DNA of 64,000 bases from Eimeria praecox (lineage: Eukaryota). The stretch spans positions 4,030,001-4,094,000 of the forward strand of contig OY986949.1 of the NCBI GenBank assembly GCA_963920595.1, in the 5' to 3' direction. The position numbers and the translations under genes are program-made. The notes below the pieces were generated by a model. The model did not search any database. It saw only the letters and a list, made by a program, of their open reading frames with translations, and was not told where the DNA came from. Positions 46,601-60,921 of the stretch are shown piece by piece (the first letter of the stretch is position 1; each line of letters opens with the position of its first letter).

Positions 46601-49600
46601 TTAAGCAGGGGAGAAAAGGCAGCTTACAGGACACGAATATCGCCTTGCAGGATGCTTCTCCCCAAGACCTGATTTAGCAGAAATGTAACCAAGTAGCGCA
46701 CCGAGCCAAGCCGTGAGTCCATCTGAGTCGAACGTTCACCCCACCCATTAAGAACCAACCTCACATATCGCCTGCAGACGCAGATCTTAGTGCTTTAGTG
46801 AAATGCAAAAGGTGCATTCGCTGTAGACATCTGCTAGAGAGGAAGAACTGACAGCGATTGGGCTTTTGTAGAGATAGTCTTGGTATCTTCCCATGCACAA
46901 GAGGAGGCACCTGCAGCACTGCTGCAGCAAGTCTTTATCGGGAAGTGGCACCAAGGCTCCTTCCTTCAGCTCGAGAAGCTTCATTTTTTTCTGCCTGCAG
47001 GAGGCAGAGCTACCTGAGGTTTTGTACGACTGCATGAGCCAACGTGTAACTGCCTCCGCAATCAACAAAGCTGACGCCGCACCCTGGAGACTAAGGCCAG
47101 CACCATGCACCGTTTCATAATGTTGCGGCTCAAAAAAGAATTCAAGCGCCTTGGTAACTCCATCAAACACAAACTGAGAACTAAGGGGATGAGCACTCAT
47201 CACTGCCTCGCCGACGGACGTCAGCTGAATGTATGCGCGGCTGCTTCTGCGGGCTGATCGTTGATCAGCATGTTGCTGCTGCATGCTGCCATCCGCTGCC
47301 TTCCCTTCTACTCCATCGACGGCAGCCTGTGCAGCAGCTGCCGCTGCTTTTGTCGCTGCCGTTGCTGCCGTGCTGTTTGGGTTTGGAGGAGCCGACGTCA
47401 GCAGAAAAAGTAAAGAATGGGCTCCAAAGGCAGCTCGAGGCAAGGACCTCAATTTCAGCTCTGCGCACCACGTTTTTAGAGCCGTGAGACAACACAGCAA
47501 TTCGACCGAGATATTGGGCACCCTTTTCCCTTCTCCAGTCGTTTGGCCGCCTATAGGATCGTCTTTGATCACGGCAGCTTCGGGTTTAAACAGCGTTGAG
47601 TCGAGATGAGCGGCAAATGCTGCACTGGCTGATTTGCTTTTCATGTGCATCTCTCTTGAGGCTGTTATCCAACCCTCCAGAGCACTAGCCTGCTGGCGCA
47701 GTTCTTCTTCCCCGGTCTGCAGCAAAGCATCCGCTTCTGCCACTGCATGCACCAACGCAGATGCGGCGGAATCCAAACTTGCAGCTTTGGCAGTCGTTGT
47801 TCCGGAAGGGTCGCCAACTGGAGCACCACACAGCAAGCAAACACAGCCGGCCGCTGTATGTCCTTGCCACTGCATGTGTGGGCCCAGGGATTCGCAGAAG
47901 CTAATTCAGATAATTGAAGCGCATTACCACAGACACCAACGCCAGCGGCCTTCAAAAGTGAAGAACGGAGCTGAAAGGCGGGAGTAAGCACGACGGGTAT
48001 TCGTCTCAATGCGTTATTTTACAGCGGCCCTGTTCTACAAGCTTATACGTAGTATGCCATTTATAACCTACTATCTCCTGTTTGCGAAAAGCTGAGGCTG
48101 TTCGGATCGCTGAAGTCGGAGCCTGGGCGCTTTGTGTCAATGGGTCCTGTATCTGCAGCGGTGTCATAGGGCAAATCAGGAACGCACGCAAATACACAGT
48201 ATCAGCTGCATGCGCAAGATGCAACTCTACCTTTTATGGAGAAGCAAAATGCCTCTAATAGGAGCCCCACCGGATGCCTGTGAGGGTGGAACGGTCGGAG
48301 GCGCTGCAGGTAGACTGGGCTGATTCGTAGCCTCCTCGACTACACGACTGCAGCCGTCCCCGTGGCGGGCAATCAGGCTTTCGAGTCGGCCTTGAGAAAG
48401 ACCAGAAGCAGCAATCTGCTTTGTGGCCTCCACAAGTCGAGCTCGGCATTCAGGAGACAGTGATGGCAGCAAGCTACAAATAAGAACCACACAAGAAGCC
48501 CACCGTGCAGCAATAAGGCCATGCAAAGCAAAGTTTCCTACCAACGAATCTTCGCTCATGTGGCACAGATGAGGACGATATGCATGCTGGTGAAAGCAGG
48601 GGCACTTACTGGAGGGTCCCGCCCTTCAGTGCCAAGTTGCAGAGAACGAGGAAGTCAAAGGCCAAACCGCGTTGCTCGCTTGAAGCCTTTGCATCCGTGA
48701 AAAGGGCGAAGAAACGGACAGCGCACTGCTGCGAAAGAAAGTCACTCAGTATCTCGCTGCCAGGCGCAGTACCCCCCTTAGACTGCAACTGGATCTGCAC
48801 ATGCTGTCCCAAAGCTCGAGTCATCGCAGCCATCAAGTCTACAAGCAATCTGAGCACAACGTTGAACACTCCCCCATCGCTCCTCTTGAAGAGACAGAAC
48901 AACAAGAGAGCAGGGTTGCTAGCGGCAAATCGATGTTTACACAGAAGAGCAGCATGATATAGGAACAGGAGCAAAGATTCTCCAAGCAGCAGACCGCTTT
49001 TTAAAACACCATTTCCCTTCTAGATAGGCTCAATAAAGAGATATCGGCTCACTCTTTGTTCTTGCAACGGATAAGGCTTCTATGAACAGCAGAGAGGAAT
49101 CTAGGACGGTCCTCTACAATAGCTGCTAGCAGCAGGAGGGTCTCGCGTACGAGCTGGCGTGGCTGCTTCGAAGTGGGTTTTGATGATGGCGCTCCCTTTG
49201 CGTTGGGAGTAACTGCGCATGCAGAAGCAACATCCAGTAACTGCTGCAATATCTGCTGCTGCTCATAGAGAGGCAGAACAACGCGCAGGCTGTTGTATGG
49301 CTGCATCACGAGCTGCAGCAGCTGGAGCAGCACACACAGAGACTCCTGTGTTTGGGCAGCCCGCGGCTGCTGCAGAACTTCTGTCACGCTGCACAACCAC
49401 CCCGCAACGCAAATCAACGCCCTGGTTCCCCAATAAAGCAGCAGCATAGGCGGTAAAGTTGCAAAAGATATACACAAGACGAAAGCCCAAAGCTTCACCA
49501 AAGCCAGCAATTCTCCAATGGCGGCGGGCTAAAGTAGGCGAGGGATACAGGTAAGTTTCCCTGCTGCTGTGGCTGAAAGTAGACAGTGAGGCTTTCAGCT

Positions 49601-52600
49601 TTCCGACAGCTTACCAAAAGGCGATCCACTTAAGAAGTAGGTCAGTAATGCATTTTTCCCCTTGTAAAGGGTGCATGCGAGATCCAGACTGCCCTGGGGA
49701 GAACGCTTCGTTGCAGTCCGTGCCAAACAGGGGCTTCCACGCATCGTAGACTGACTTGAGCTGGGACAGCTGGGGCACAATTTGTTTGTTGCTCCCCGCA
49801 GCTGAAGAGCCGTGGGAAGGAAACATTAGCAACAAGAGACTTGATTCAACGCGCCCCCTGAACTCTTGATACAGCTCCTCCCGCAGAGAAGCGGGCTGCC
49901 GTCGAAGGGTGACAAAGCCTGCGCCACTGCTCCTCTGGATCCTCTGGGAGCGCGTCGAGAGAATTGAAGGACTGACATCAGTACAGGGCACTGCTGTTGG
50001 TGCGTCGGAAGCAACGGCTGGCGTGGTAGCCCGGGTCGATTCCTCTGAAACAAGATCCACAGCTTTCTGCTGGTGATCCTGCTGCTGCAACTGTGTTTGT
50101 TTCGTGCTGGCTGTGCTTGGCGACTGCGCTGCTTTTAAGAGGGGATCTCGTAGAGAAGCCTGAATTTCCTGCTGTGCTTTAAGGAGAAGCTTGAGGGTGT
50201 CAGACGGAACGAGAAGTTGCTTCAGCGCAGCTTCCGGTGAGTGCCCTGCAAGCGATTGGAGCCCCTGCCCTGACATTCTCTGCTGCATCACTTCTACGAT
50301 GGACTCAGGCGGGCAAGCCTCATGCACAACAAGAGACAGCAAGGCGTTGGCCGCAGAAGAACCTACAGCACTTTCTCCACGGAGCTGCGGAAGCACCGCA
50401 TCCAGGAGGTGAGGCACAAGGGACAAGAGCAACAGAGATTTCTGCGACGGGTCTACGGGCATGGCAACAGCCAACAGGGCAAACAACGCCTCTCTTATCT
50501 TGTTGCTCTTATTTTGCAGCATGACTCCAGATGCACCGATAGAGAAAGGCCGCCGCAGAACCGTCCCCGATAATGGTCTCTGGGAGATTGACGTGGCCCC
50601 TGCGCTGCTGTTGCTGCTGCTGGAGAGGAAGGGATTCAGAAGCGCCATTGATTCCGCGAGACCCAAAGCAGTCATCCATTTAGCCGTTGCGATGTAGGCT
50701 GCCTGCATAACCTGTAAAACGAGGAGGAAAGCAGGAAAACAACTAAACTGAGCGCATTACTTGCTGAGGCTGCGGCCTGACTGCATGATACGTGGCTCCC
50801 AGATTTCAGCAGCTGCACAGAATGAGTAAATAATAGAGTAATAATACGGGAGAGTTGCTAGCAAAGCCACGAACGCTATTTTCGACCTGCCCCCACAGCT
50901 TACGAATGCATACCTTTTTGTCGGAATCGCAGAGGCATTCAGCCGCCGCAGGCAGCATCTGTTTGTATACGCGGGCAGCGGGAAGGGGAGATGCTGCACT
51001 GCCAACGTCTTGAGGAGTTTCGATCCCCAACCGATCACAGAAAATAACCAATGTCAGCAATACGTGCCGCCGCACCGACACACTCGGATCCCCTAGGCGT
51101 TTTCGCAGCAGCGAAACAAGACCGCTAAGCCCTGCGTTGTAATAAGCAAGTCAAAGGGTTCTTAGATAATAACGACGAGCTATGCTTGAGGAAGTGAGGT
51201 AACATGATTTGCACACCCAGTTGGTTAACTACTTGCATGCATTTCTGTTCTACATTCGCCTCTGGAGGTCAAACAGCTCTCGTTCATCCAAACGGGGGCA
51301 CGACCATGCATGCATATGCGCATTAGAAGCGTGAGACGAGTATGGGATCAATTACTCGCCATGCACACTAGGCGTGTTTAATCTATTATTACACTGCTAT
51401 TCAGTTACAGATATTGAAACAACGGCTGTCTAGCGTCCAACCAAGCTACTGTTGTGGCGGGGAGGAGCCGCATTAAAAAGGGCTCCTCCCCTTCTATTTG
51501 AATACAGATGGACATAGGGAGAGACAGAGCACGCAACCACAGACACACAGACAGTAAAAACGCGCTGTCGCACATGGTTCAAGGGAGCAGCTGAGACCTT
51601 ACCTTCGGGCTTCACCCTTCCCCCAACCTTGTTGACAAAGATATGCATGAGCTCATTCAGCGTTTTGATGAGCGTCTCTTCATCTTGGCCCTGCTGCAGA
51701 CGCTGCAGCATATCAGGGCTGATGTATGGCGCCACCGACACGCAAGGAGCATCAGCCAACGACGGGGAATCGGTGCAGGCAACAGAAGCAGCTGCTGATT
51801 CAGCAGCAGCAGCCCCCGCCGTCACTGCAGCAACTGCAAGCTCCCAAGATGCTCCAGAGTCCTCAGTCGTGGACTGTCCATGTGCCAGTTGCGATTCCCT
51901 CTGCTGTTGCTGCTGCTGCTGTTGTCGTTGTTGCTTGAGTGCGTGCTTCACCTCATCCGGCAAGGGGTGGGCAACGAGCATAGCGGTCATGACTTTATCG
52001 CCAAGTTCCGCATGCAAACGCTTCAGCAGGGGGAACACGACTGAGCGCGATCCCTGAACAAGAAAAAACGCACAAATCAGCAGGAAGTGCACCTAAAGCT
52101 TCTGTGCCTGATCATAGCTACCGTAAGACGCAATGAGCGCTGCCAGGGGGGACAGAAAAGAAGCAGAAATGACAGTTATTCTGCCGCGAGTTGTGGTAAT
52201 AAACTCTTGCAGTCCGTCTATCTCACCTTGCTCGGCTCAAGCATCTGTCGCACGATCATCAACAACTGCTTGGGCGGAGTAAAAGCCGACAACCCCCACA
52301 TATGCAGCAGCTGCTCGAGCAGCTGACACACGCCATGCATGATGCGGCCTCCCCCTACACGGCCTTCGGCGAGAAGAGCGAGTTGAGCAGCAACAGTTGT
52401 CGGGGTGTCTACGCACTTGGCTAGAAGAAGTCCAATGGCCACAATGGTGTTGCCCACCCGCGGATCCCCCAAGCGGTCACCTAGAGGCTCCAACACCACA
52501 TTGACAAGGGCCTTATCAACAGGGGGCAGTTGCCTTCCTTTGGGGGCATGATTCCTCTGAGTGTTCATTTTCCCCACATCCTTCCCCCCTGTTGCTGCTG

Positions 52601-55600
52601 ATGTTCCTGTTGTTGCTGTAAGTGCCAAAACTTCCTTTGGCGGCAGCAGGCCCTCCAGGACTGCTCGAAGACACGTGATGCATGCATCTTCTAGAGCGGC
52701 GGTTCGCTCCCTGAACCCTCTCATCTTGGAGCGCAGATGCACCAGAACCTGAACAGCAGACTTCCGGAGCGCTTCTAAACGGCAGCTGCTGCCGCTACTT
52801 GTGCTTGTGAGTCTCTCCTCTGTATCCATTTGCCCATCATCAACCCTGCAGAGTTTGCAGTCGCAAGGTTGACGAAACCAGTTTTCAAGGGCTTCGTAAG
52901 CCCTCTTACGTTCCAGTCCTGCAGGTGCCTCAAGGTTCTGCAGAAGCTCGAACGGCAGTAGCTCTCTCGTTCTTGTCTCGGCCTCATCAACCCCTGTAGC
53001 TGCATGCGGCGCTTCCCATTGGCCTCCTCCTGCAGCAGCCCCATGAGTTCCTGCTCCTGCGGGCAATCCTAGAGCCGGTCCTGCTGAACCCAGGCGTTGC
53101 AGAGGTGCCCTTGCCGTTACATTGCCAACAGATCCGCTGGCTTGTCTGCGGAAAGTGCTTTTGGTGCCCCCAGTGGCCACACCGCCACCCGTCCGCTCGG
53201 AAGCAGCTGCAGGGGCCTGCACTGACGCCGCTGCTGCTGTTCCTCCTGCTGCTCCCACTGCTGCACCAGCAACGCCGCGACTGCGCATGCGCGAAAACGG
53301 AACCCCTGGTGTGGAAGCTCCTTGGTTAGGCAGACGCCGAGGGGAGGATATCAAAGGCTGAGTCCCTTTTGCTGCTGAGCCTGCCGCCGCCATTGCCTTT
53401 TGTAGCTGCTGTCGCTTAGGTTCAGACAGTTTCTGCATGGCTTCCCCCACTGCAGCAGAGCCCTGTGCATACTTGGCAACAGCAGCAATCAGTCCCACTC
53501 CTGCTGCTCTCACTGCTGCGTTGCCGTCGTCTGCTGCTGTGCGGCCTGCAGCAAGGAGCTGAGCAGCAACCTTCTGCAGAGCGGATGTTCCGCCAGCCTG
53601 CTGCTCGACTGCTTTCGTTATTTCGTCGAGCAGCAGTTTCTGATAGTGCGCCAGCTTCTCTTTAATTGGCAGCAAATCTACCACCACAACATCCAAGGGG
53701 ATGCAAGAAAGATAAGTCCCAATGCATGCGCATGCAGCCGATTGCACTGGCCTGTTGTTGACCTTCAGCTTCGCTAGAGCGTCAGGCAGCAGGCCACGAA
53801 GCTGTTGCTGCAGCTGCTGCTGCAGCTGTTGAGAGCCTTCCCCCACGAGGGGCTGCAGCAGTAGCTGCACAAGCATCTGCAGCGTTTTCAGCGCGCACGT
53901 CACCACAGGGAGCGTCGGCTCAGCTGTAAGCACACGGTGCAGTAGCGGCAACAGTTGCTGATGCAGAAACGGGTTCTTCTTGTACAGACAGACGCAATCC
54001 CGCAACGCCTGCAGGCAGCAAAGTGAACACAGACAGAAAAATAAGCAAATGAATGAGAAGATGCTTCCTCCTAAAGAGCACAACTAGGCGACAAGAGCAT
54101 CTGCAGTGTCATGAATCATTCACTACACCAAAAGATAAAATAGGTGCAAGGGCACATCTTTGGCATGCAGATTTGGTGGTGGTGCTGCAGTAACAACAGA
54201 ACCTGCTTCAGCTGTAGCAGCTACAGAAGCAATAGCGAGAGGAGAGGAAGAGGCGACTGACAGTCTCCAGCTGTTGCCACGCTTGCATCTTGACTTTCCA
54301 CGGGGGTTCTTCGGCTTCCTTATCCCCGCGTGCTGCAGGCAGCACTCCTTCTGTGACTCTCACGACCCAGTCTGTCTGCTGCTGACACACTGTCTTTAGT
54401 ACGTCTGTCTCGGCCACGAGACAAGACGCCAGAGAGGCCCCTCCCCCTCCTTGTCCTCCAGAAGCCTGAGGGTTTTCTGCACTTGAACCTTCAGCTGCCA
54501 TTCCTGCAATGGAGAGGGAAGGGGGTGGCGGTGGCTCTGTCTGAAATTTCTCGATTAATTTTTCGACCTCTGTCTGCATCGATTTGCTGCTTTTCAAGCT
54601 TTCGAGGATTGTCTTCTTGGCTGCTGCTGCCGCAGTCTCACCAGCTGCAGCGCCTGTGAAGTACACTGCAGTGGCAGCTATAGAGGATAGAGCTCCCCTT
54701 ACTCGCTTGTCGCTGCATGCAGCGAACGCCCCGGTGGACTTCATCAGATTCTGTACGCCCCCGACTGCCACTACAAGCTGCAAGCCGAAGCTTTCCAGCA
54801 TCTTCAGCAGCAGCTCTAGACTGCTGCCTACAACCCGAATGCCCTGGCCCTTTATTGCTGCTACGTTCCCCTTCTTCTCAGCTAGCAGGCCTTGCACACT
54901 CGCGGATAAGAGGTTTACGGTTTCAACTGCACAGGCTTCTGAGGCCCGACTGAGCTGCAGCAAAACGTCACAGCAGCTAGAGAAGTGCTTCGGGTTCGAC
55001 AAAATCTGCGATATGATTTGCTTCCCGTGCTGCTGCAGCAGCGGCAGCGCTGCTGCAGCAGGAAAGGCAGCAGCACCAGCTGCTGCTGCAGAGCCTGTTG
55101 GCGTGCCACCAACAAGCGCCTGCAGCAGTTCAACTGTCTTCGTGCCCATAAGGGCATTTGTATCCTTAAGGATCGAACTAAGGTGAGGCTTAATGAGCTC
55201 ATCCCACAGCTTAACCCTTTCTTCACAGCTTCCGCAGGCTTCTAGGCGCCCCACCACTTCATCGCACCCATGTGCTCTCTGTTTAATTGCTTTACTTTGG
55301 AGGCGGGTGGCGAGGGGAATCCCCGAAAAATCCTCTACTTTCAAGGGCCCCAATCCCCCGTCCCCTAGGTCCCCAAGCGCATGCAACACCCCCTCCCCTT
55401 CTGCACAATCGCAAGCCCCAGATGATGGCCGCTTCTCCGGGGGACTCTTCCGGGCCCCTGCTAAGCCCATCAGAGCCCCCCCATCCCCTCCTTGGTTGCC
55501 TGTCGGCGACTTTAGAGTCAGCCGCTGGACACCTAAGCAAGAAGAATCAAGAAAAGCTGTTGAGGCGGAGAGGGCCTCAGGTGTTGCACCTACAGCTCCT

Positions 55601-56274
55601 CCTGAATCACCAGCACTTAGACCCCCTGCAGGCGCACCCGCTCCTCCTCCCTGTGGACCTGTCGATGTGTTGGTAGAGGATAAAGGGGTTTCTCTACTTG
55701 TGTGTGTTTCAACGTCAGAACTCAGAGATGCTGCAGCACCATCAACCTTCATTTGTCGCTTGTCAGCATTCAATACATCTTCCAGTGGTGTTGCTGCCTC
55801 TTTCTTTGTTGCTGCTGCCTCAGGCTGTGCCGCTGTTGCCCCACCACAGGCGCTTGGTGTCTGCTGAGACTTTTCTGTTCCTGGTGCTGCGGCCATTGCG
55901 TCCTCGAAGGACCGTCTGACGCTCATTCTTCCTTCTCCACATCCGCTGCTGTCGCCGCCTTCGGCTTGCTGCTGTTCTTGCTGGGGCCCCTGAGGTGGTG
56001 CAGCATTTACATCAACTGCTCGAAACTTAGACCCTTCAGTCGAGTCAGCAGATGAGTTGAGCCGACGCCCCAAGAACTCTTGCATCTTCTTCGGGCGCGC
56101 CTTCGGGAAGAGAAGGCGACGCTTACGAGGGGGGTCTGTTTCCTGTGCACCTTGCGGGGCCGTAGGACCCTTGGGTGCTGCTGGAGGCGAATCCCGTGGT
56201 TCCTTAGACTCATCTGCAGAAGCAGAGGGAGGGATGGGCCCTTGTGGCTGCTGAACATCCGGCTGCGGCTCCAT
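43651..56274 (-). CDS. XMAP215/ch-TOG/MOR1-like microtubule-associated protein (TOG/HEAT repeats), multi-exon
   Basis: TOG1-like start EDFSGIPLATRLQSKAIKQR...ILKDTNA, TOG-like PPWKVKMQAWQQL, and HEAT motifs (SDKRVR, DDGNAAVRAAG, DSDKKVR). Successive long minus-strand helical ORFs are joined by GT-AG sites. That the distal exons (43.6-49 kb) belong to the same gene is inferred. Confidence 0.65.
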
Positions 56275-57869
56275 CGGGTAGGATAGAGAAGACTTCAGGC
56301 ACGCTGCATGCACCCCCCCTGCCGGCTCCCTCTATGAAAGAGGGTCACTTTAGAAGCAATATTGTTGGGGGCAGGCGTTGATTCATTATACGCAAAGTAG
56401 CAGGGGAGGAGGTGGGCGCCATGAAGGTTGAAGACACCAGTAGAAACTACGCAGTGGCTCTGGTACTTAGCAGGCCACTGAAGGAGGTTAGCTGCAACAT
56501 CAAGAGTACATGCATCCCCTCTTTCAATTTATAAATTATTCCATCCACAATCTTATTGTTTTTAAGGGGAACAGAAGATCATGCAGCCCCCAAGTCGGCA
56601 GTGGCTTGGCGGGGTTGTTGTACTAAGGGGAGGACAAGAGCACAGCAAGGCACAGCTCCTTGCCTGCCGCCTCCTGACAATAAAGAAAAGAGAAGAAACT
56701 GAAACTTTATAGTATCTCTACAATACTGCTAAGCATATTATCTTGAGCCGACCTCCAGAAGCCCCAATGGCCTGGCGGGTGGAGGGTGTTGCTTGAAGGA
56801 GGGTCGGACACGCGAGCGGTTTTATTTTTATATAACGCTGCGTTAGTAAACAACTGGTTTGATTATTATGTAATGTGTTCACTTCATTATATTATTAAGA
56901 GTTTATTCATTAAGGATCAGGGGTCACAGTTTCGTGCTAATTGCATGCTTAGAGGCTACTACCTGCTCTGCACCCATAGAACGCCTTCTTCGGTGTACCC
57001 GTGTACTAATAACCCTTAATATTGCAGGGAAAGATTAACCCTTTCCCACATTTTATTGTTTGTACTGCAAGTCTGGAAAAGGTCTAAAGCAGCAGCTGAG
57101 CAGAATAATTTAAAGGCTGGCGTCCACCCCCCAAAGCGCTCATCCATAACCCTTTGGTTGAAATAAATGCGTATTTGCCACACCCTGCTCCTTAGTACGC
57201 TAGAACAGGTGATTATATGCAGCTGTTTACCCCTGCGTTTTAGGAGGAGGACGCACAAGTTCTCCTTCTACCACGAACCGTTCAGTAGATCAGCACAAAA
57301 CTCAGCCATCCATCGCATTCCAGCCCCATACTTCCTTGCCACCTCAAGGAAGCGGCTTTCAACAATAGTGCCTGCATAGAGCTCACTGGGGAAGCTAAAT
57401 GGAACGCAAGTTGCCTTCTATGTGCTCCTCAAGCGTAAACCCTCCCGTTAGCAGTCTGCGAACAACCTCGAAATATTGAACAGTGATCTGCCTAAATGAC
57501 AGCCTGAATTTCCATCACATTTCTCGTGGCTTTGTATCACAAGCCAGCTGTCCGTTTTCCGTTGCCCGGAGCATAACCGTTTGGCCTACCCTGCAGGTCT
57601 CTGGTGTGTATTCTGCCGAATAGGAGGCAAGATCCGCTAGAATAAATAATAATAAATTATTATTTATTATTATTTATTTATTATAATAAATAATAAATAA
57701 ATAAAATAATTATGAATAATTGAGAAGAAATTCAGGTTTTCTGTATCTCGGTGGCTTCATAGCGAATGGACGGCTGCGGAGTGCCTCTAAAACGCACCGA
57801 GGGCTGGCCTCTGACGAAGAGGGCCATGATAGACAGTGCAAATAAGCCAAGGCATGCATGCAAAGATAC

Positions 57870-58633
57870 TTATTTGCGGCGCCTGTTGTGGTTTTTCACC
57901 CACCTGTTCGAGTTGGGGTTACCAGGCCCAAGTCCCACAGTAATTTTAGGTGGCGGTGCAGCTGCGGCTCTGCCGGAAGCTGTGAAAGCCCGTACATGCC
58001 AGCTTTGCGCCTCGAGGCAATAATTCTGCAAACAAAGAAGACAAAATCAGGCACAAGAGCACAACACAACACACGCTTTGTGAAGGGTGTACGCTGTAAG
58101 TGTATGTGTTTTCGTTCCCGGACGGCTAGGTCTGGTGCCTCGGATCAATTAGCTTCTGTCCTTCCTGTTGTAAAAGGGGTAAGGCAATTCGGCTGATAGA
58201 TATGGCGACTAACAGGAGAGAAAGGATTTTTGGACTCCACGTCTTTCCTCCATAATTTCTCCTTGTGCCTCAACTCACGATCCAGCCCCCCCATCATCAG
58301 TTGATCTGCTGCCAGGATAATCGGCCGCTGGAAGAAATGAGGCAGGAAAAGACAAAGGAAAAAAGCAAATGCAACGAGATACATGTGCGCATGCAAACAA
58401 AAAAAATAAAAATATTATGAGCATATTACTGCCTCTTGCCATCGAACTGAGGAGAAGCGAACTCCTAAGAATTGAATTTGCATGCAGGCATTGTCTATTT
58501 GTTCGGGTGTTCATTGAACGGACACAAACCAACTACCCTGCAGTCGTGACCATAGAAAGACCCAATGTATTGTAGTTCTGCCTCTCCCATTGTTTTACGT
58601 CTGAGCTCGAATGGGAGTGCCTGTCAGTCTGTT

Positions 58634-58667
<34 letters not shown>

Positions 58668-60511
58668 TGTGTGATTCGTGCTTAATGTTTATTAATATGC
58701 ATTCTCATTTGCCTCAAGGAGGCAATCAGTCTATTTGCACGGCGGTGCAGGTGAAACGCGTGAAGAGCTTACTGAGTGTTTTCCTCCCTTATCCTTTGGA
58801 ATTGAATACACCTGCCCCCTCTTTGATATCTTCTTTCGCCCATCAAAGACAAACACTTTCCCCGTCGTCTGATCGAAATACAGAGGAGTTCTATCCAGGG
58901 TGTAGTGGCCGCACTTTGAACAAAACAGCAATCGAGTTTTCCTTTCAATATGCCCACAGGCCCTGAAGCCACCAAACGTATTTCGCCATATCATTAGCAA
59001 TAAACTCAGAAACCTGCATTATTATTCCTATTATTATTATTATTTATTTATTTATTATGCTATTACCATGCATTGTAAGCTTAAAACAAAGGAAATACCC
59101 TGACGAACAGCATCAGCACATCGTGAGAATGTGAGCACAAGAACCACAAGGAAGGCTTCAAACACACCTGCCGATCGAATTGCTATTTTTATTCGTAATT
59201 ACAAATATTACTGCATTGTATTGCGTGTTTAAACCATGATACAGGCAAAATATGAGATGAAGAAACAACGAAGACTGCATCCTACCTGCAGAGAAGAGCC
59301 CAAATCTTAACAGTTCGGATTTTTCTGCCGTCTACGGCGAGGACTTTGAGTCCCATTTGTAATAAAACATTTTGCATAGAGAAGTCTGTTGTCATGCATG
59401 AAACGAGATCTTCTATTTGTTGCATATCGGCACGCAGATCCAAGCCGTTGAATGCCTTAGAAAGCGTATTGTCTAATTCCTGTGAATCTCCCTCTTTAGA
59501 TTCATCAGCATCATTTGTCTTCAAGATATCCTTAGTATTATTACTATCATTCGAAACAGCAAGACCCAAGTGCTCTCTCAGTACCTCTTCTGTCACCCAT
59601 CCCTCCTCTGGATCCATATCATCATCATCATCATCATCTTCATCATCATCATCATCATCATCATAACTGTCCTCTTCGTCAGATGCTAGAGATTCATTTT
59701 CTCTGTTTTCTTCTACTTGTTCTGTAGGGTCTAATTCCTTTTCGTTTGTATCTGATGCGCTATTAGGAGCAGTAGAAGAAGTTGTGTTCGCTTCTTTACT
59801 ATGCTGAAGTGTCCATGCATGCCTTCCAACCCCACCGCTTTCAAGTTTCTGCATTAGCGCGGCCTCGTTAAAGAACTCAAATGCTGGAGGTCTTGTGTTG
59901 AGGTGTTCTATCTGTCCTGTGGTTCTTTGCAACATGTATGTGAGTGCAATAAGACCCAAATCAGTGTGAGAGAGGAAGGGAAGATCCCCTGTCATATCCG
60001 CAAACTTTTCTGCCCAGCTTCTGTCTGCAGCTGAGGGTTCAAGTGTATGGACATCCAAAAACCGCGACTCAATACGCTGTCTAGCCATAGCGTCTCGCAC
60101 TTCCTGTGCAGCTTCTGCTGTTGTAATAAATGTGCATTTTTCTCTATACCGATCTAACGCATCTACTCGCATTAACGCCCCTGCATCTAAAACAATCACA
60201 GGACGGTCCTTAGATGCCTGGGCGAATGCAGGCAGAGATGGGGCTGGCGTCTTCTTTGCTGCACTGTCAGCTGGAGGACGCTGCAATGGCGGTTTCCCTT
60301 TATTAGGATTCTCCTTAGAGGGCCCCTTGGGGGCCCCGGTGGGGGGCCCCTTAGGGGGCTTAGAGTTAGATACTGTTGCTGCTGCTCTCGAGGCACGTTC
60401 TGCCCAAGATAAAACTGTTGGAGAGCTTTGCTCTTTTTGAGTTTGAGAATTTGGGGTAGAAGGCGAAGTTTCAGCGACCCCAGCGCCGGCCGGCTGCTGC
60501 GGGAGGGTCAT
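57870..60511 (-). CDS. NOB1: NOB1 20S pre-rRNA D-site endonuclease (PIN domain plus Zn ribbon)
   Basis: Exons 60511-59286, 58962-58773, 58327-58214, 58025-57870 in consistent phase. Motifs VIVLDAGA, LSHTDLGLIALTY, EEGWVT, CMTTDFSMQNVLLQMGL, LLCRACG...FCSKCGH, and C-terminal GNPNSNRW...RRRK*. Confidence 0.92.
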
Positions 60512-60921
60512 TTTCGGGGGTAACAACAGGAGATAAACTCTTGGGCGTTCCTCATGAATGCATTCATGCTTTAGGTAAAAATACAATTTTAATTATAAGT
60601 TGCCAGTTAAAATGACAGATTTTTCTTATATTGCTCTCCCAGGGAAACCGCGTCGTGGGACGCATGCGGGGGGCCCCCGCAACCATCGAAGCCCCGCCTG
60701 GGGGGGGCCCGGCATTGGCAAATCGACTGAAATAATTATTTATTATTATTTTTGCTTCCATTTCCTTGGAAATAATACCATTGCATGGGGAAACTGGCAG
60801 TCTCTTTGCTCCGTTTCCGCATCCCGCGGGGCCTTTCCGTCATTAGGTCGGTCGCCTCCTTTTAGTAGTAGCCCCTAGACATCTGTTGTTGTGTTTATCT
60901 TTAATTTGCCCTTGAGCTACG
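60512..60921. promoter_or_regulatory. Putative bidirectional promoter between NOB1 and DUS3
   Basis: Only ~410 bp separates the divergent start codons. Confidence 0.55.

Noticed and set aside
57641..57678. Perfect 17-bp AT-only inverted repeat downstream of NOB1
   Set aside because: Low-complexity (AAT/ATT) sequence makes such hairpins expected by chance.
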